Positions 48,554 through 56,774 of a stretch of DNA of 64,000 nucleotides are shown piece after piece. The notes below the pieces were generated by a model that saw only the letters and a list, made by a program, of their open reading frames with translations, was not told the DNA's origin and did not search any database. Source of the DNA: Rubrobacteraceae bacterium (GTDB lineage: Bacteria > Actinomycetota > Rubrobacteria > Rubrobacterales > Rubrobacteraceae); contig OZ243953.1 of assembly GCA_965214475.1 (NCBI GenBank), positions 2,238,586 to 2,302,585 of the forward strand, written 5' to 3'. The position numbers and the translations under genes were made by a program. Every line of letters starts with the position of its first letter. Positions within the stretch are counted from its first letter, which is position 1.

Positions 48554-48907
48554 GTGTATCTGGATAGCCTCGCAGATAAAGACTACTGTTACCTCACGAC
48601 TACGGGGAGGGTTACGGGCCGCCCGCACGAGATCGAGATCTGGTTCGCGCTAGAAGGCTCCACCATCTACATGCTCTCTGGCGGCGGAGACCTGGCCGAC
48701 TGGGTAAAGAATATTCGGCGCAACCCGGAGACGAAGGTCAGAATAGCCGGCTCGACTTTCGAAGGTTGGGGACGTTCTGTGGATGGGAAGGAAGACGAGT
48801 TGACACGCCGACTGCTCTTCGAGAAGTACCAGCCGCGCACCGGAGGAGACCTGACGCGCTGGCGCAAATCTGCGTTGCCGGTGGCCGTAGACCTTTCTAG
48901 CGGTTAG
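48554..48907 (+). CDS. deazaflavin (F420H2)-dependent nitroreductase/DDN-family protein
   Basis: Pattern LTTTGRVTGRPHEIEIWF...ADWVKNIRRNP. GTG start. Confidence 0.75.
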   Translation: MYLDSLADKDYCYLTTTGRVTGRPHEIEIWFALEGSTIYMLSGGGDLADWVKNIRRNPETKVRIAGSTFEGWGRSVDGKEDELTRRLLFEKYQPRTGGDLTRWRKSALPVAVDLSSG

Positions 48908-48912
48908 CTACG

Positions 48913-50007
48913 GTGCGGGTTGCGGTCATCGGGGCGGGCATCGTCGGCGCTTCGGTAGCGTTCCGGCTCTCGCAGGGCGGTGCGCAAGTATGTCTGGTAG
49001 ATAAGGCTGAGCCAGCCTCCGGGACGACCTCCGCGAGCTTTGCCTGGCTCAACGCTAATAATAAGACCCCGCGAAGTTACTTCGAGTTGAACCGGGCCGG
49101 TATGGACGAGCATCTTCGGCTACGCGACGAGCTGCCTGGAATCGCGTCCTGGTTTCACCAGAGTGGCAACCTGATCCAGGCTTCAGAAGAAGACCTAGAA
49201 GAACTCGAACGTCGTGTCGAAAGACTCTGCTCCTGGGGCTACGCCGCCGAATGGCGGAGCGCTTCGCAGGTGAGAAAGGAACTGGAGCCCCGCGTAGCTT
49301 TCCCAGACTCGGACAATTCGGTAGCTTTCTTCCCGGATGAAGGCTGGGTAGCCGCGCCGCTGCTAACAAAAATCTTCGTAGGTCTCACGCGCAAAGCCGG
49401 CGCCGAAACGCATTTTGGTACGTCTGTCGAACTTATCGGAATCGCCGGAGACCGGGTAAAAGAAGTAGCTCTCTCGGACGGTACCAGTCTCCAGGTAGAC
49501 GCGGTGGTTAATGCTGCCGGGCCGGACGCGGACCGGGTCGCCGCGACGGTGGGACGCGAGTTGCCACTGAACTCAAAAAGCGGACTGCTGGCCCGCATCA
49601 CGGCAGAGGGCGGGTGCATAAGCCGCCTTATCCACACGCCGCGTGCCAACTTGCGGCCCGATGGACCGGGACATGTATTGCTGCACCACAATACGGTAGA
49701 TGAAAAGCTGGCGGATGGTGAACCCGTGGAAGCTCTCGGCTCGGAGCTCCTGGAGCGCGCCCGTCGGTTGGTTCCGGCGCTAGGTGATGGGGAAGTCGAG
49801 GAAGTTCGGGTCGGGACTCGTCCGATCCCCTCGGACGAATATCCGTGCGTGGGAGGTGTCGCGAACCTTCCCGGTTACTATGAGGCGGTTACCCACAGCG
49901 GCGTGACGCTCGGTCCGCTCATCGGTCGTCTTCTGGCGCAAGAAATACTTACCGGTGAGGTGGACCCTCTACTCGCGCCGTTCCGGCCGGAGCGCTCCGG
50001 TTCTTAG
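48913..50007 (+). CDS. FAD-dependent oxidoreductase (DAO family)
   Basis: N-terminus MRVAVIGAGIVGAS is a dinucleotide-binding motif. Confidence 0.85.
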   Translation: MRVAVIGAGIVGASVAFRLSQGGAQVCLVDKAEPASGTTSASFAWLNANNKTPRSYFELNRAGMDEHLRLRDELPGIASWFHQSGNLIQASEEDLEELERRVERLCSWGYAAEWRSASQVRKELEPRVAFPDSDNSVAFFPDEGWVAAPLLTKIFVGLTRKAGAETHFGTSVELIGIAGDRVKEVALSDGTSLQVDAVVNAAGPDADRVAATVGRELPLNSKSGLLARITAEGGCISRLIHTPRANLRPDGPGHVLLHHNTVDEKLADGEPVEALGSELLERARRLVPALGDGEVEEVRVGTRPIPSDEYPCVGGVANLPGYYEAVTHSGVTLGPLIGRLLAQEILTGEVDPLLAPFRPERSGS

Positions 50008-50267
50008 TCTCCGGTTAGCTTGTCCTTGATCTTATCCAAGAATCCCTTTTCTTCCTCTTCTTCCGTACCGTGGGAATCTTCGTGCTCTGTGTGTCCCGCC
50101 TCGGCCTGAGGGACTTCTCTTTGACTTTCCGCTGACGGCTGGGGTTCTTCCGCAGTAGGTGGCGTCTTTTCTTCCTGCTCCTCGCTAACGGTCTTGGCGA
50201 GCGGTTCGTCGCTCACCGTTCTCGCGAGTGGTTGATACCCGCCCATCGGACTGCTGCGCTCCGGCAT
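50004..50267 (-). CDS. small acidic hydrophilic protein with dehydrin K-segment-like C-terminus
   Basis: ATG at 50267 follows AAAGGTGG. Product ends EEKGFLDKIKDKLTGD and contains the internal repeat PLARTVSDE/PLAKTVSEE. Confidence 0.55.
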   Translation of the reverse strand: MPERSSPMGGYQPLARTVSDEPLAKTVSEEQEEKTPPTAEEPQPSAESQREVPQAEAGHTEHEDSHGTEEEEEKGFLDKIKDKLTGD

Positions 50268-50351
50268 TCGTCGTCCACCTTTCTTTGGTTTCCCCTGTTG
50301 CACGAATAATAACATCGCCGGTCGCGTCGGAATCCCGAGCTACGTACCCGC

Positions 50352-51452
50352 TCAGGAGTCCGTTTGCGGTCCGGGCGAGAAGCTGGGGGCACGGCTTTCG
50401 GCTATCGGCCAGTGCAGGGCGGTGGCGACAAGGGCGAGCACGGCCCCGGCCCACCATACCGGATCGTAGCTGCCGGTCTGCTCGTAGGCGACCCCGCCGA
50501 GCCAGACGACCAAGAAAGCCCCGACATGATGACTCAGAAAGACGAACCCGAACAGCGTACCCAGATAACGCGTCCCGAACATTACGGCGACGAGCCCCGA
50601 CGTGAGCGGCACGGTCGAGAGCCAGAGAATCCCCATCGCGGCGGCGAAGGTTAGGACGACCGTTGGGCTTTTAGGCAGCGTGATAAATAGCAAGATAGCG
50701 ACGGCGCGTCCCACATAAATCCCGGACAAAAGAAGTCGTTTGCTACCGCGCCCCCCGAGTACGCCTGATGCGTAAGACCCAACGACATTGAATAGCCCGA
50801 TCAGGGCGAGCGACCACGCCGCAACTTGCGGGCTCACGCCGCTATCCGTCAGGTACGGTGGTAGGTGAGTCGTAATAAACGCTACGTGGAAGCCGCAAAC
50901 AAAGAATCCGGAGACCAGCAGCAAATAGCTACCGTGTCCGAACGCACCCGTGGTTGCCTGCCGCAGCGAGATCGATGGCCCATCTTCGTCTACCTCGCCT
51001 CCACCACGAAGTGCGGCGGCGAGTACCGGAACGATGGCCGCAAAGATAGCCAGAAGCAGCAGGGCCGTCACCCAACCGTATCCGGAAATGAACGTCTGGC
51101 CGAGCGGCGCGAACAGGAACTGGCCGAAAGACCCTGCGGCGGTCGCCATTCCCATTGCCCAAGAGCGGCGGTCCGGGGGCATCAGACGTCCGAGGGCCGC
51201 TATCACGATGGTGAACGAACCGCCCGAGAGCCCGATCCCGACCAGCACACCAGCCGTCAGATGTAGTGTGAGCGGCGTGATGCTCACCGCCATGAGCGCC
51301 ACGCCCACGGCGTAGACTAGACCCCCGAGCGCCAGCACCCGCCCCGATCCGTAACGGTCGGCGATGGAAAAGCTGCTTGAGATCCGCCTGAATCGAAACA
51401 ACTCCGCCGTGGCAGACCGACTCGTAAACCTGTAGACACATGGCTGGAGCAC
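50352..51452 (-). pseudogene. MFS transporter lacking its N-terminus (TM1-2 missing)
   Basis: Homology starts at the IADRYGSGR motif (about 51368), and I count 10 TM helices. The first 28 codons of the ORF are non-MFS sequence overlapping an inverted repeat. Confidence 0.7.
51416..51450. repeat. left copy of a 35-bp inverted repeat (34/35 identical; 39/44 over the extended repeat)
   Basis: The reverse complement of 51416-51450 equals 52177-52211 except for one base. Confidence 0.85.
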
Positions 51453-51515
51453 TGCTGACGGAAAGTGGGTAGGCTCGAAGCCTCGTCATTTCCGTCTCCA
51501 AAATAGTCCTTGCGG

Positions 51516-52143
51516 CTAGCTGCGGCTGCTGTTCCAGGGCATCCTCCTGCCCTTCGCAGAGGCACCAAAGCGGACGAGGACAACACCCGCGCCCGCCGCA
51601 GCAGCCGCCCACACGATCATCCGTGCCAAGTCCAGAGCCGGATCCGCTTCGGGCGGAGCACCCGATAGCCAGATCATCTGGACGGTCGCGCCGACCGGAA
51701 CCGTCAGTCCGGCGACAAGACCTATTATTCCGGGGTGTCTGATAGCCGCGCCCACCACACCGAGAGGCAGCCCGAAGACTACGCTCACCAGCCACCAAAT
51801 ATACATTTCGTACCAGAGTCCGGCAGATATCCACTCTAAGCCCTCCAGGAGGATCGATTCCGTGACAAAGTAGGCTGCCGTGGCTGGCAAGCAATGCGAG
51901 AACACCGGCAACCGCTGCTCGGGCACTGGCACCGGCCAGCCACCCCGTCAACACCGCCAGCGCCGCCCAAGCCCACCCTGCATCGAGCAATTTGCTTGCG
52001 ACCTCCGCAGCCCACTGCCAGCCTGTGCCGGTTATGTGATCTCCGATCAGCCCATAGGGTGAGGAGATGTCGTTGACGAGGGCAGTAGCCGCTCCGAATA
52101 CCCCTCCGACTGCGAGAGAGATTAAACCGCTGCGAAGTTTCAT
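51516..52143 (-). pseudogene. hydrophobic membrane protein gene with a frameshift near 51885
   Basis: The N-terminal 85 aa (MKLRSGLISLAVGGVFGAATALVND...) is in one frame. The hydrophobic continuation (ATAAYFVTESILLEGLEW...) is in the +1 frame and ends at 51516. Confidence 0.55.
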
Positions 52144-52176
52144 CCAGCTAGGGTAGCAAATTCTCCCGTCACTCCG

Positions 52177-52211
52177 GCTCCAGCCATGTGTCTACAGGTT
52201 TATGAGTCGGT
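52177..52211. repeat. right copy of the 35-bp inverted repeat
   Basis: GCTCCAGCCATGTGTCTACAGGTTTATGAGTCGGT; see the left copy. Confidence 0.85.
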
Positions 52212-52262
52212 GTGCGCCGTGGCAAGTCCCAAAGCTCTCTCGTGCCTCTCTATCATTTTGAC

Positions 52263-52317
52263 GCAGTAGGTTGACAATGTACACCTACTGCGTATACTGA
52301 GGTTGACAATGTACACC
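52263..52317 (+). promoter_or_regulatory. promoter with duplicated 17-bp operator-like box
   Basis: GGTTGACAATGTACACC occurs at 52269-52285 and 52301-52317. The first copy is embedded in a 9-bp inverted repeat GCAGTAGGT/ACCTACTGC. Promoter reads TTGACA (52271)-16-TATACT (52293). Confidence 0.55.
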
Positions 52318-52348
52318 ACAGAGACACATGCTCGAACGAGGAGGACAC

Positions 52349-52836
52349 GTGAACGTTCAAGACAGGCTCGATATCATGCAGGACAAGCTCGACATCATAG
52401 ATGCCGTCAACGCCGCCTTCATCAATACGGACGAACGCAACTGGGATCTCGTTAAGACGCCTTTACTGAGGAGGTACTCCACGATTACAGCTCGGTAGGG
52501 TTTGAGGCCGCTACGCTCAGCCGGGATGCCATGGTAAGTGGTTGGCGGGGCTTTTCGCCCGGCTTCGAGGCGACGCAGCACAGCATCAGCAGCCACGTCG
52601 TCCAGGTCAGTGAGGATGAAGCGACGTGCTTTAGCTACGGGATAGCTCTGCACTACCTTCCCAATGATTCGGGCGGCGATGTCTGGCGGGTCGTCGGTCG
52701 CTACGAGCATCGCTTAGTTCGCACCCAAGCAGGTTGGAAGGCTAGCCAAAGGATCTTCACCCTCAAATTCATGGACGGCAACACGAATCTACTCGCGCTG
52801 GCACAAGAGCGCGCAGCCCAACTCCAAGTTGCCTAG
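52349..52836 (+). pseudogene. SnoaL_4/NTF2-like protein gene with a frameshift at about 52456-52465
   Basis: GTG at 52349 follows GAGGAGGA. Frame A reads VNVQDRLDIMQDKLDIIDAVNAAFINTDERNWDLVKT. Frame B continues FTEEVLHDYSSVGFEAATLSRDAMVSGWRGF... to 52836. Confidence 0.65.
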
Positions 52837-52874
52837 TGGTAAACAGATAGATAAACGGCGTTGACGAGGAGTAG

Positions 52875-53729
52875 ATGATGGAGAGCACCAAGAGAATGGC
52901 TGTCGTGACGGGGGCATCCTCGGGCATTGGCCTCGCGACCGTCCAGGAGCTTGCGCGCCGCGGATTCCACGTTCTGGCCGGTGTCCGCAAGCAACAGGAC
53001 GCCGACCGGCTTGCCGGCGAGAACATCGAGCCGGTGATGGTGGACGTGACCGATGAGGAGCAGGTTGCGGCGCTGGCTGACCGCGTCGCCAATGATCCGG
53101 AGGGACGCCGTCTCGGTGTTCTGGTCAACAATGCCGGCGTCCCGCTCAACGCTCCGGTGGAGGCGATCCCCCTCGCTGAGTGGCGGCGCCACTTCGACGT
53201 CAACTTCTTTGGGCACGTCGCGGTCGTGCAAGCGTTGCTGCCCGCCCTGATCTCTGGCGGCGACGGACGCCTCGTCAACGTATCTTCGATCGGCGGTCGG
53301 GTCGCCTTGCCGACCTTCGGCGCCTACGCGACCGCGAAGTTCGCGCTGGAGGGCTTCAGCGACGTGCTCAGGCGTGAGGTCGGCCGACTCGGCGTCAAGG
53401 TCATCGTCATCGAGCCCGGAGCCGTTACCACTCAGATATGGGACAAGACGATAGCGACAATGGACGGGCTTGCATCTAACATGAGCGCTGACCAGCACGC
53501 ACGGTATGACGGTATCATCGCCGCCATACGCAAGCAGACGCAGCAGGGCCAGCAGGGCAGCGGTACCCAACCGTCTTCGGCAGCGGAGGTGATCGCCGAT
53601 GCTATCCAGTCCGACAAGCCACGTGCACGCTATCTCGTCGGGCGTGACGCGAAGCTGGTGGCGCTCATGGGGAGTCTGCTGGGCGACCATTCGCTCGACC
53701 GCATAATTGGCAGGTGGTGGCGCGCATGA
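52875..53729 (+). CDS. SDR family oxidoreductase
   Basis: Motifs VVTGASSGIG, NNAG and YATAKFA. Confidence 0.9.
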   Translation: MMESTKRMAVVTGASSGIGLATVQELARRGFHVLAGVRKQQDADRLAGENIEPVMVDVTDEEQVAALADRVANDPEGRRLGVLVNNAGVPLNAPVEAIPLAEWRRHFDVNFFGHVAVVQALLPALISGGDGRLVNVSSIGGRVALPTFGAYATAKFALEGFSDVLRREVGRLGVKVIVIEPGAVTTQIWDKTIATMDGLASNMSADQHARYDGIIAAIRKQTQQGQQGSGTQPSSAAEVIADAIQSDKPRARYLVGRDAKLVALMGSLLGDHSLDRIIGRWWRA

Positions 53730-53963
53730 CGAGTCTGCTGGGTCATCACTCGCCCGAACGCACAACTGGCAGGATGCTGGGCATCTAGTAGAGGTTTTAG
53801 CCGAATCGGAATTCTGGAGCGGGCTACAGAGCGTGGCTGCGCGCGGGGTAATCTAAGCCCGTTATTCGAAGATGTCTTACCATGAAGGGCGTACAGTAAG
53901 ATTGTGGAGAGATTCAGAGCGACTCGTCCACCTGCAAGGGAAGGAGGATCCACCTCGACCGGT

Positions 53964-54548
53964 ATGGGAAGTATGGGAACAGACAAGAAGCTAGTGTCAG
54001 CCGCGGCGGCCCTCCTGGATTCGGGTGGTGAGAGCGCCGTAACGCTGCGCGCTGTGGGACATGCTGTCGGTGTCTCCCACAACGCGCCTTACAAGCACTT
54101 CAAAGACCGAAGCGCTCTGTTGGCGGCGGTAGCTATCGAAGACTTCACGATGCTCACGGACGCCTTTGCGGGCATCCGTCAGTCCTCTTCGAGGCCCATG
54201 GTCAAGTTGAAACGTGCGCTCGAGACGTTCATTGACTACGGGCACGAGCACCCATCGCGCTACAGGCTGCTACTCAGCAGCCCCAACATCGTCGCGCATA
54301 GAGGGGATCTCGAAAAGGCCGCTGTCGGACCTTTCGCCGAAGTCGCGGCCATCGTCCAGGAGTGCCAGTCATCACAAGACCTCCCGGAGACATCCAACGT
54401 AGCGCTTACAGGACTGCTATACGCCTCTGTACATGGGCTCATAGATATTGAAGCTGGCGGACGAATGCGGCGCGAAAAGGGACTCACCAGTGTGACAGAG
54501 AGTGTAGATCTGCTGCTAGATCTTCTTTCGCGAAATGGTACGAAGTGA
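53964..54548 (+). CDS. TetR family transcriptional regulator
   Basis: HTH region LRAVGHAVGVSHNAPYKHFKDRSALL. The ATG at 53964 is preferred over 53904. Confidence 0.85.
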   Translation: MGSMGTDKKLVSAAAALLDSGGESAVTLRAVGHAVGVSHNAPYKHFKDRSALLAAVAIEDFTMLTDAFAGIRQSSSRPMVKLKRALETFIDYGHEHPSRYRLLLSSPNIVAHRGDLEKAAVGPFAEVAAIVQECQSSQDLPETSNVALTGLLYASVHGLIDIEAGGRMRREKGLTSVTESVDLLLDLLSRNGTK

Positions 54549-54556
54549 GTATCTAA

Positions 54557-55111
54557 CTCAAATCGCTAGGAAAAGCCGTCTCTACTCCTGACGGAGAAAC
54601 CTACTTCACCGACTCGTTCGCCCCGGTTCTGTACTGGGTGACGGGTAGCGGCGAAGACCTGACGTTCGAGGAGTACATAGACTTCGAGGGTACGCCGGTC
54701 GAGTATCGGGACGGATTCAACCTGAACGGCATTGTGGCGACGGAAGATGGACGGTATCTGATCACGGTCCAGTACAACACCGGCGACCTCTTTCGCATAG
54801 ACGCCGAGACTAAAGAGATCACACAGATAGATCTGTGAGGCACCTCCCTCTCCACCGGCGACGGCCTCGTACTCGACAGACAGAACCTCTACGTCGTCCG
54901 CAATCAGCCGGGCGACGTGGTTCCGATAGAGCTGTCCGAAGACTTCACGAGCGGCGAAGCCGGTGAAGGCTTCGGCAGTTCTGCGCTCCAGTACCCTACG
55001 ACCGCCGCCAGATACGGAGACCGGCTGCTCGTCGTAAATCCTCAGTTCGGCAAGCAGGGCGGAAAGCCGGAGCTCCCGTTCACCGTGTCCAGCATCCCCA
55101 TCCCGGAATAG
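54557..55111 (+). pseudogene. C-terminal remnant of an SMP-30/gluconolactonase-like beta-propeller protein with in-frame TGA (54836-54838)
   Basis: One frame reads ...TYFTDSFAPVLYWVTGSG...FRIDAETKEITQIDL*GTSLSTGDGLVLDRQNLYVV...LLVVNPQFG.... There is no N-terminal half; the frame opens only 9 nt after the TetR stop. Confidence 0.6.
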
Positions 55112-55370
55112 AAGGGGTTCCGAGAACAACTTTGCAGTCGTCGTGCGGGCCTTCTATACTCCATTATTGGGAAAAGGAGGCACAGTGCTAGTAAAGCGAC
55201 GACAAACGAGTTTCCGTCGGGTGCTTTCGCCGTGATACCGAAGGCCAAATTTCACCTGCCGAGCACACCGCATCTTGTTCCCTGGGGACAAAGCAATTCC
55301 TGCAGAGTTAGGGCATAGTGTCAGTGCTGGGAAGCCTCTGGCTTCTCGCGCCTAGAAAGGAGCCAGGGTT

Positions 55371-56774
55371 TTGAGCAAGCTACTCTTTGCCGGAGGTACG
55401 GTCGTTACCGCCTCCGGCAGCTACGAAGCAAATGTGCTGGTCGAGGACGAGAAGATCGTCGCGGTCGGTACCGAACTGGATGCGAACGGTGCGGAGGAGG
55501 TGGATGCCTCCGGTAAGCTCTTGATGCCGGGCTTTATAGACGCGCACACGCACATGGACATGCCATTTGGAGGCACCATGACTGCTGACGACTGGGCCAC
55601 CGGCACCGAGGCCGCCGCCGCGGGCGGGACCACCATGATCATTGACTTCGCCCTCCAGGAAGTCGGCGGCACGCTCGCCGGAGCCTTCGACGCCTGGACC
55701 GAGAAAGCCCGCGATAAGGCGGTAATCGACTACAGCTTCCACGTCGCCATCACCGACCTGCGCGATGACATAAAGAGCGAACTGCCGAGCCTCGCGGAGA
55801 AGGGCGTCGCCTCGGTCAAAATATTTATGGCCTACAAGGGTACCCCGCTCTACAGTGAGGACGAAGACCTCTTCGAGACGCTGCAGTTATCGAAAGATGC
55901 GGGGGTGCTGGTGATGGTCCACGCCGAGAACGGCGACGCCATCGCCAAGCTGCAGCAGCAGGCGCTCGCAAAGGGCGACGTCGAGCCTCGCTTCCACGTC
56001 CTTACCCGTCCCGAGGCGGTCGAGGCCGAAGCTACGAACCGTGCGATCCGTCTGGCTGAAGTTGCCGGAGCACCGATTCTGGTCGTCCACGTCTCCTGCG
56101 CGCCGGCGCTAGAAGCCATCCACCTCGCCCACGAGCGCGGTCAAACCGTTTACGCCGAGACCTGCCCGCAATACTTCGCCTTTGAGTACGAAGACCTGGC
56201 GAAGGAGGGCTTTGAGGGCGCCAAGTACGTCTGCTCCCCACCCTTGCGAGATCCATCGAATCGCCCGGCGCTGTGGAACGGACTGAAGTTCGGCGACCTG
56301 CAGATCTTCGGCTCCGACCACTGCTCGTTCAACTACGAAGGCCAGAAAGAGCTCGGTAAGGAAGACTTCACGCTCATCCCCAACGGACTGCCCGGCGCGG
56401 AGGAGCGGGCGATGGCGCTCTGGACGCTCGGCGTGCGCGAGGGCAAGCTGAACGAGAACCAGTTCGTCGCCGTCCTCTCTACGAACCAGGCCCGCATCTA
56501 CGGCGCCTACCCGCGCAAGGGTGCGCTCGTGCCCGGCGCCGACGCGGACATCGTGCTGTGGAACCCTGAGTTGGAGACCACGGCCACCGTAGATAACCGC
56601 CACTCTAACGTGGACTACACGCCCTACGAAGGTAGGAGTTTCCACGGCGGCCCAGCCTCCGTGTACGTGCGGGGGACTCTGGTGTACAAGGACGGTGAAG
56701 TTGTCGGCGAGCGTGGTTCCGGAAGGTTTGTCGAGCGGAGCTTTACGGCTCCGAGTGTGGAGGTTGGGGTATGA
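55371..56774 (+). CDS. hydA: dihydropyrimidinase / D-hydantoinase
   Basis: Motif LMPGFIDAHTHMDMPFGG...GGTTMIIDF. TTG start follows AAAGGAG. Confidence 0.9.
   Translation: MSKLLFAGGTVVTASGSYEANVLVEDEKIVAVGTELDANGAEEVDASGKLLMPGFIDAHTHMDMPFGGTMTADDWATGTEAAAAGGTTMIIDFALQEVGGTLAGAFDAWTEKARDKAVIDYSFHVAITDLRDDIKSELPSLAEKGVASVKIFMAYKGTPLYSEDEDLFETLQLSKDAGVLVMVHAENGDAIAKLQQQALAKGDVEPRFHVLTRPEAVEAEATNRAIRLAEVAGAPILVVHVSCAPALEAIHLAHERGQTVYAETCPQYFAFEYEDLAKEGFEGAKYVCSPPLRDPSNRPALWNGLKFGDLQIFGSDHCSFNYEGQKELGKEDFTLIPNGLPGAEERAMALWTLGVREGKLNENQFVAVLSTNQARIYGAYPRKGALVPGADADIVLWNPELETTATVDNRHSNVDYTPYEGRSFHGGPASVYVRGTLVYKDGEVVGERGSGRFVERSFTAPSVEVGV

Noticed and set aside
51416-52211. Inverted-repeat-bounded segment as an insertion sequence
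   Set aside because: There is no transposase or integrase ORF inside, and I found no flanking direct repeat. It is kept as a finding only as a rearrangement scar or non-autonomous element.
52833-53765. 310-aa minus-strand ORF opposite the SDR gene; similar shadow ORFs at 47015..47878, 46531..47259, 35433..36254, 58654..59481 and 54566..55129
   Set aside because: All are antisense to CDSs with clear motifs and have off-frame high-GC amino-acid composition.
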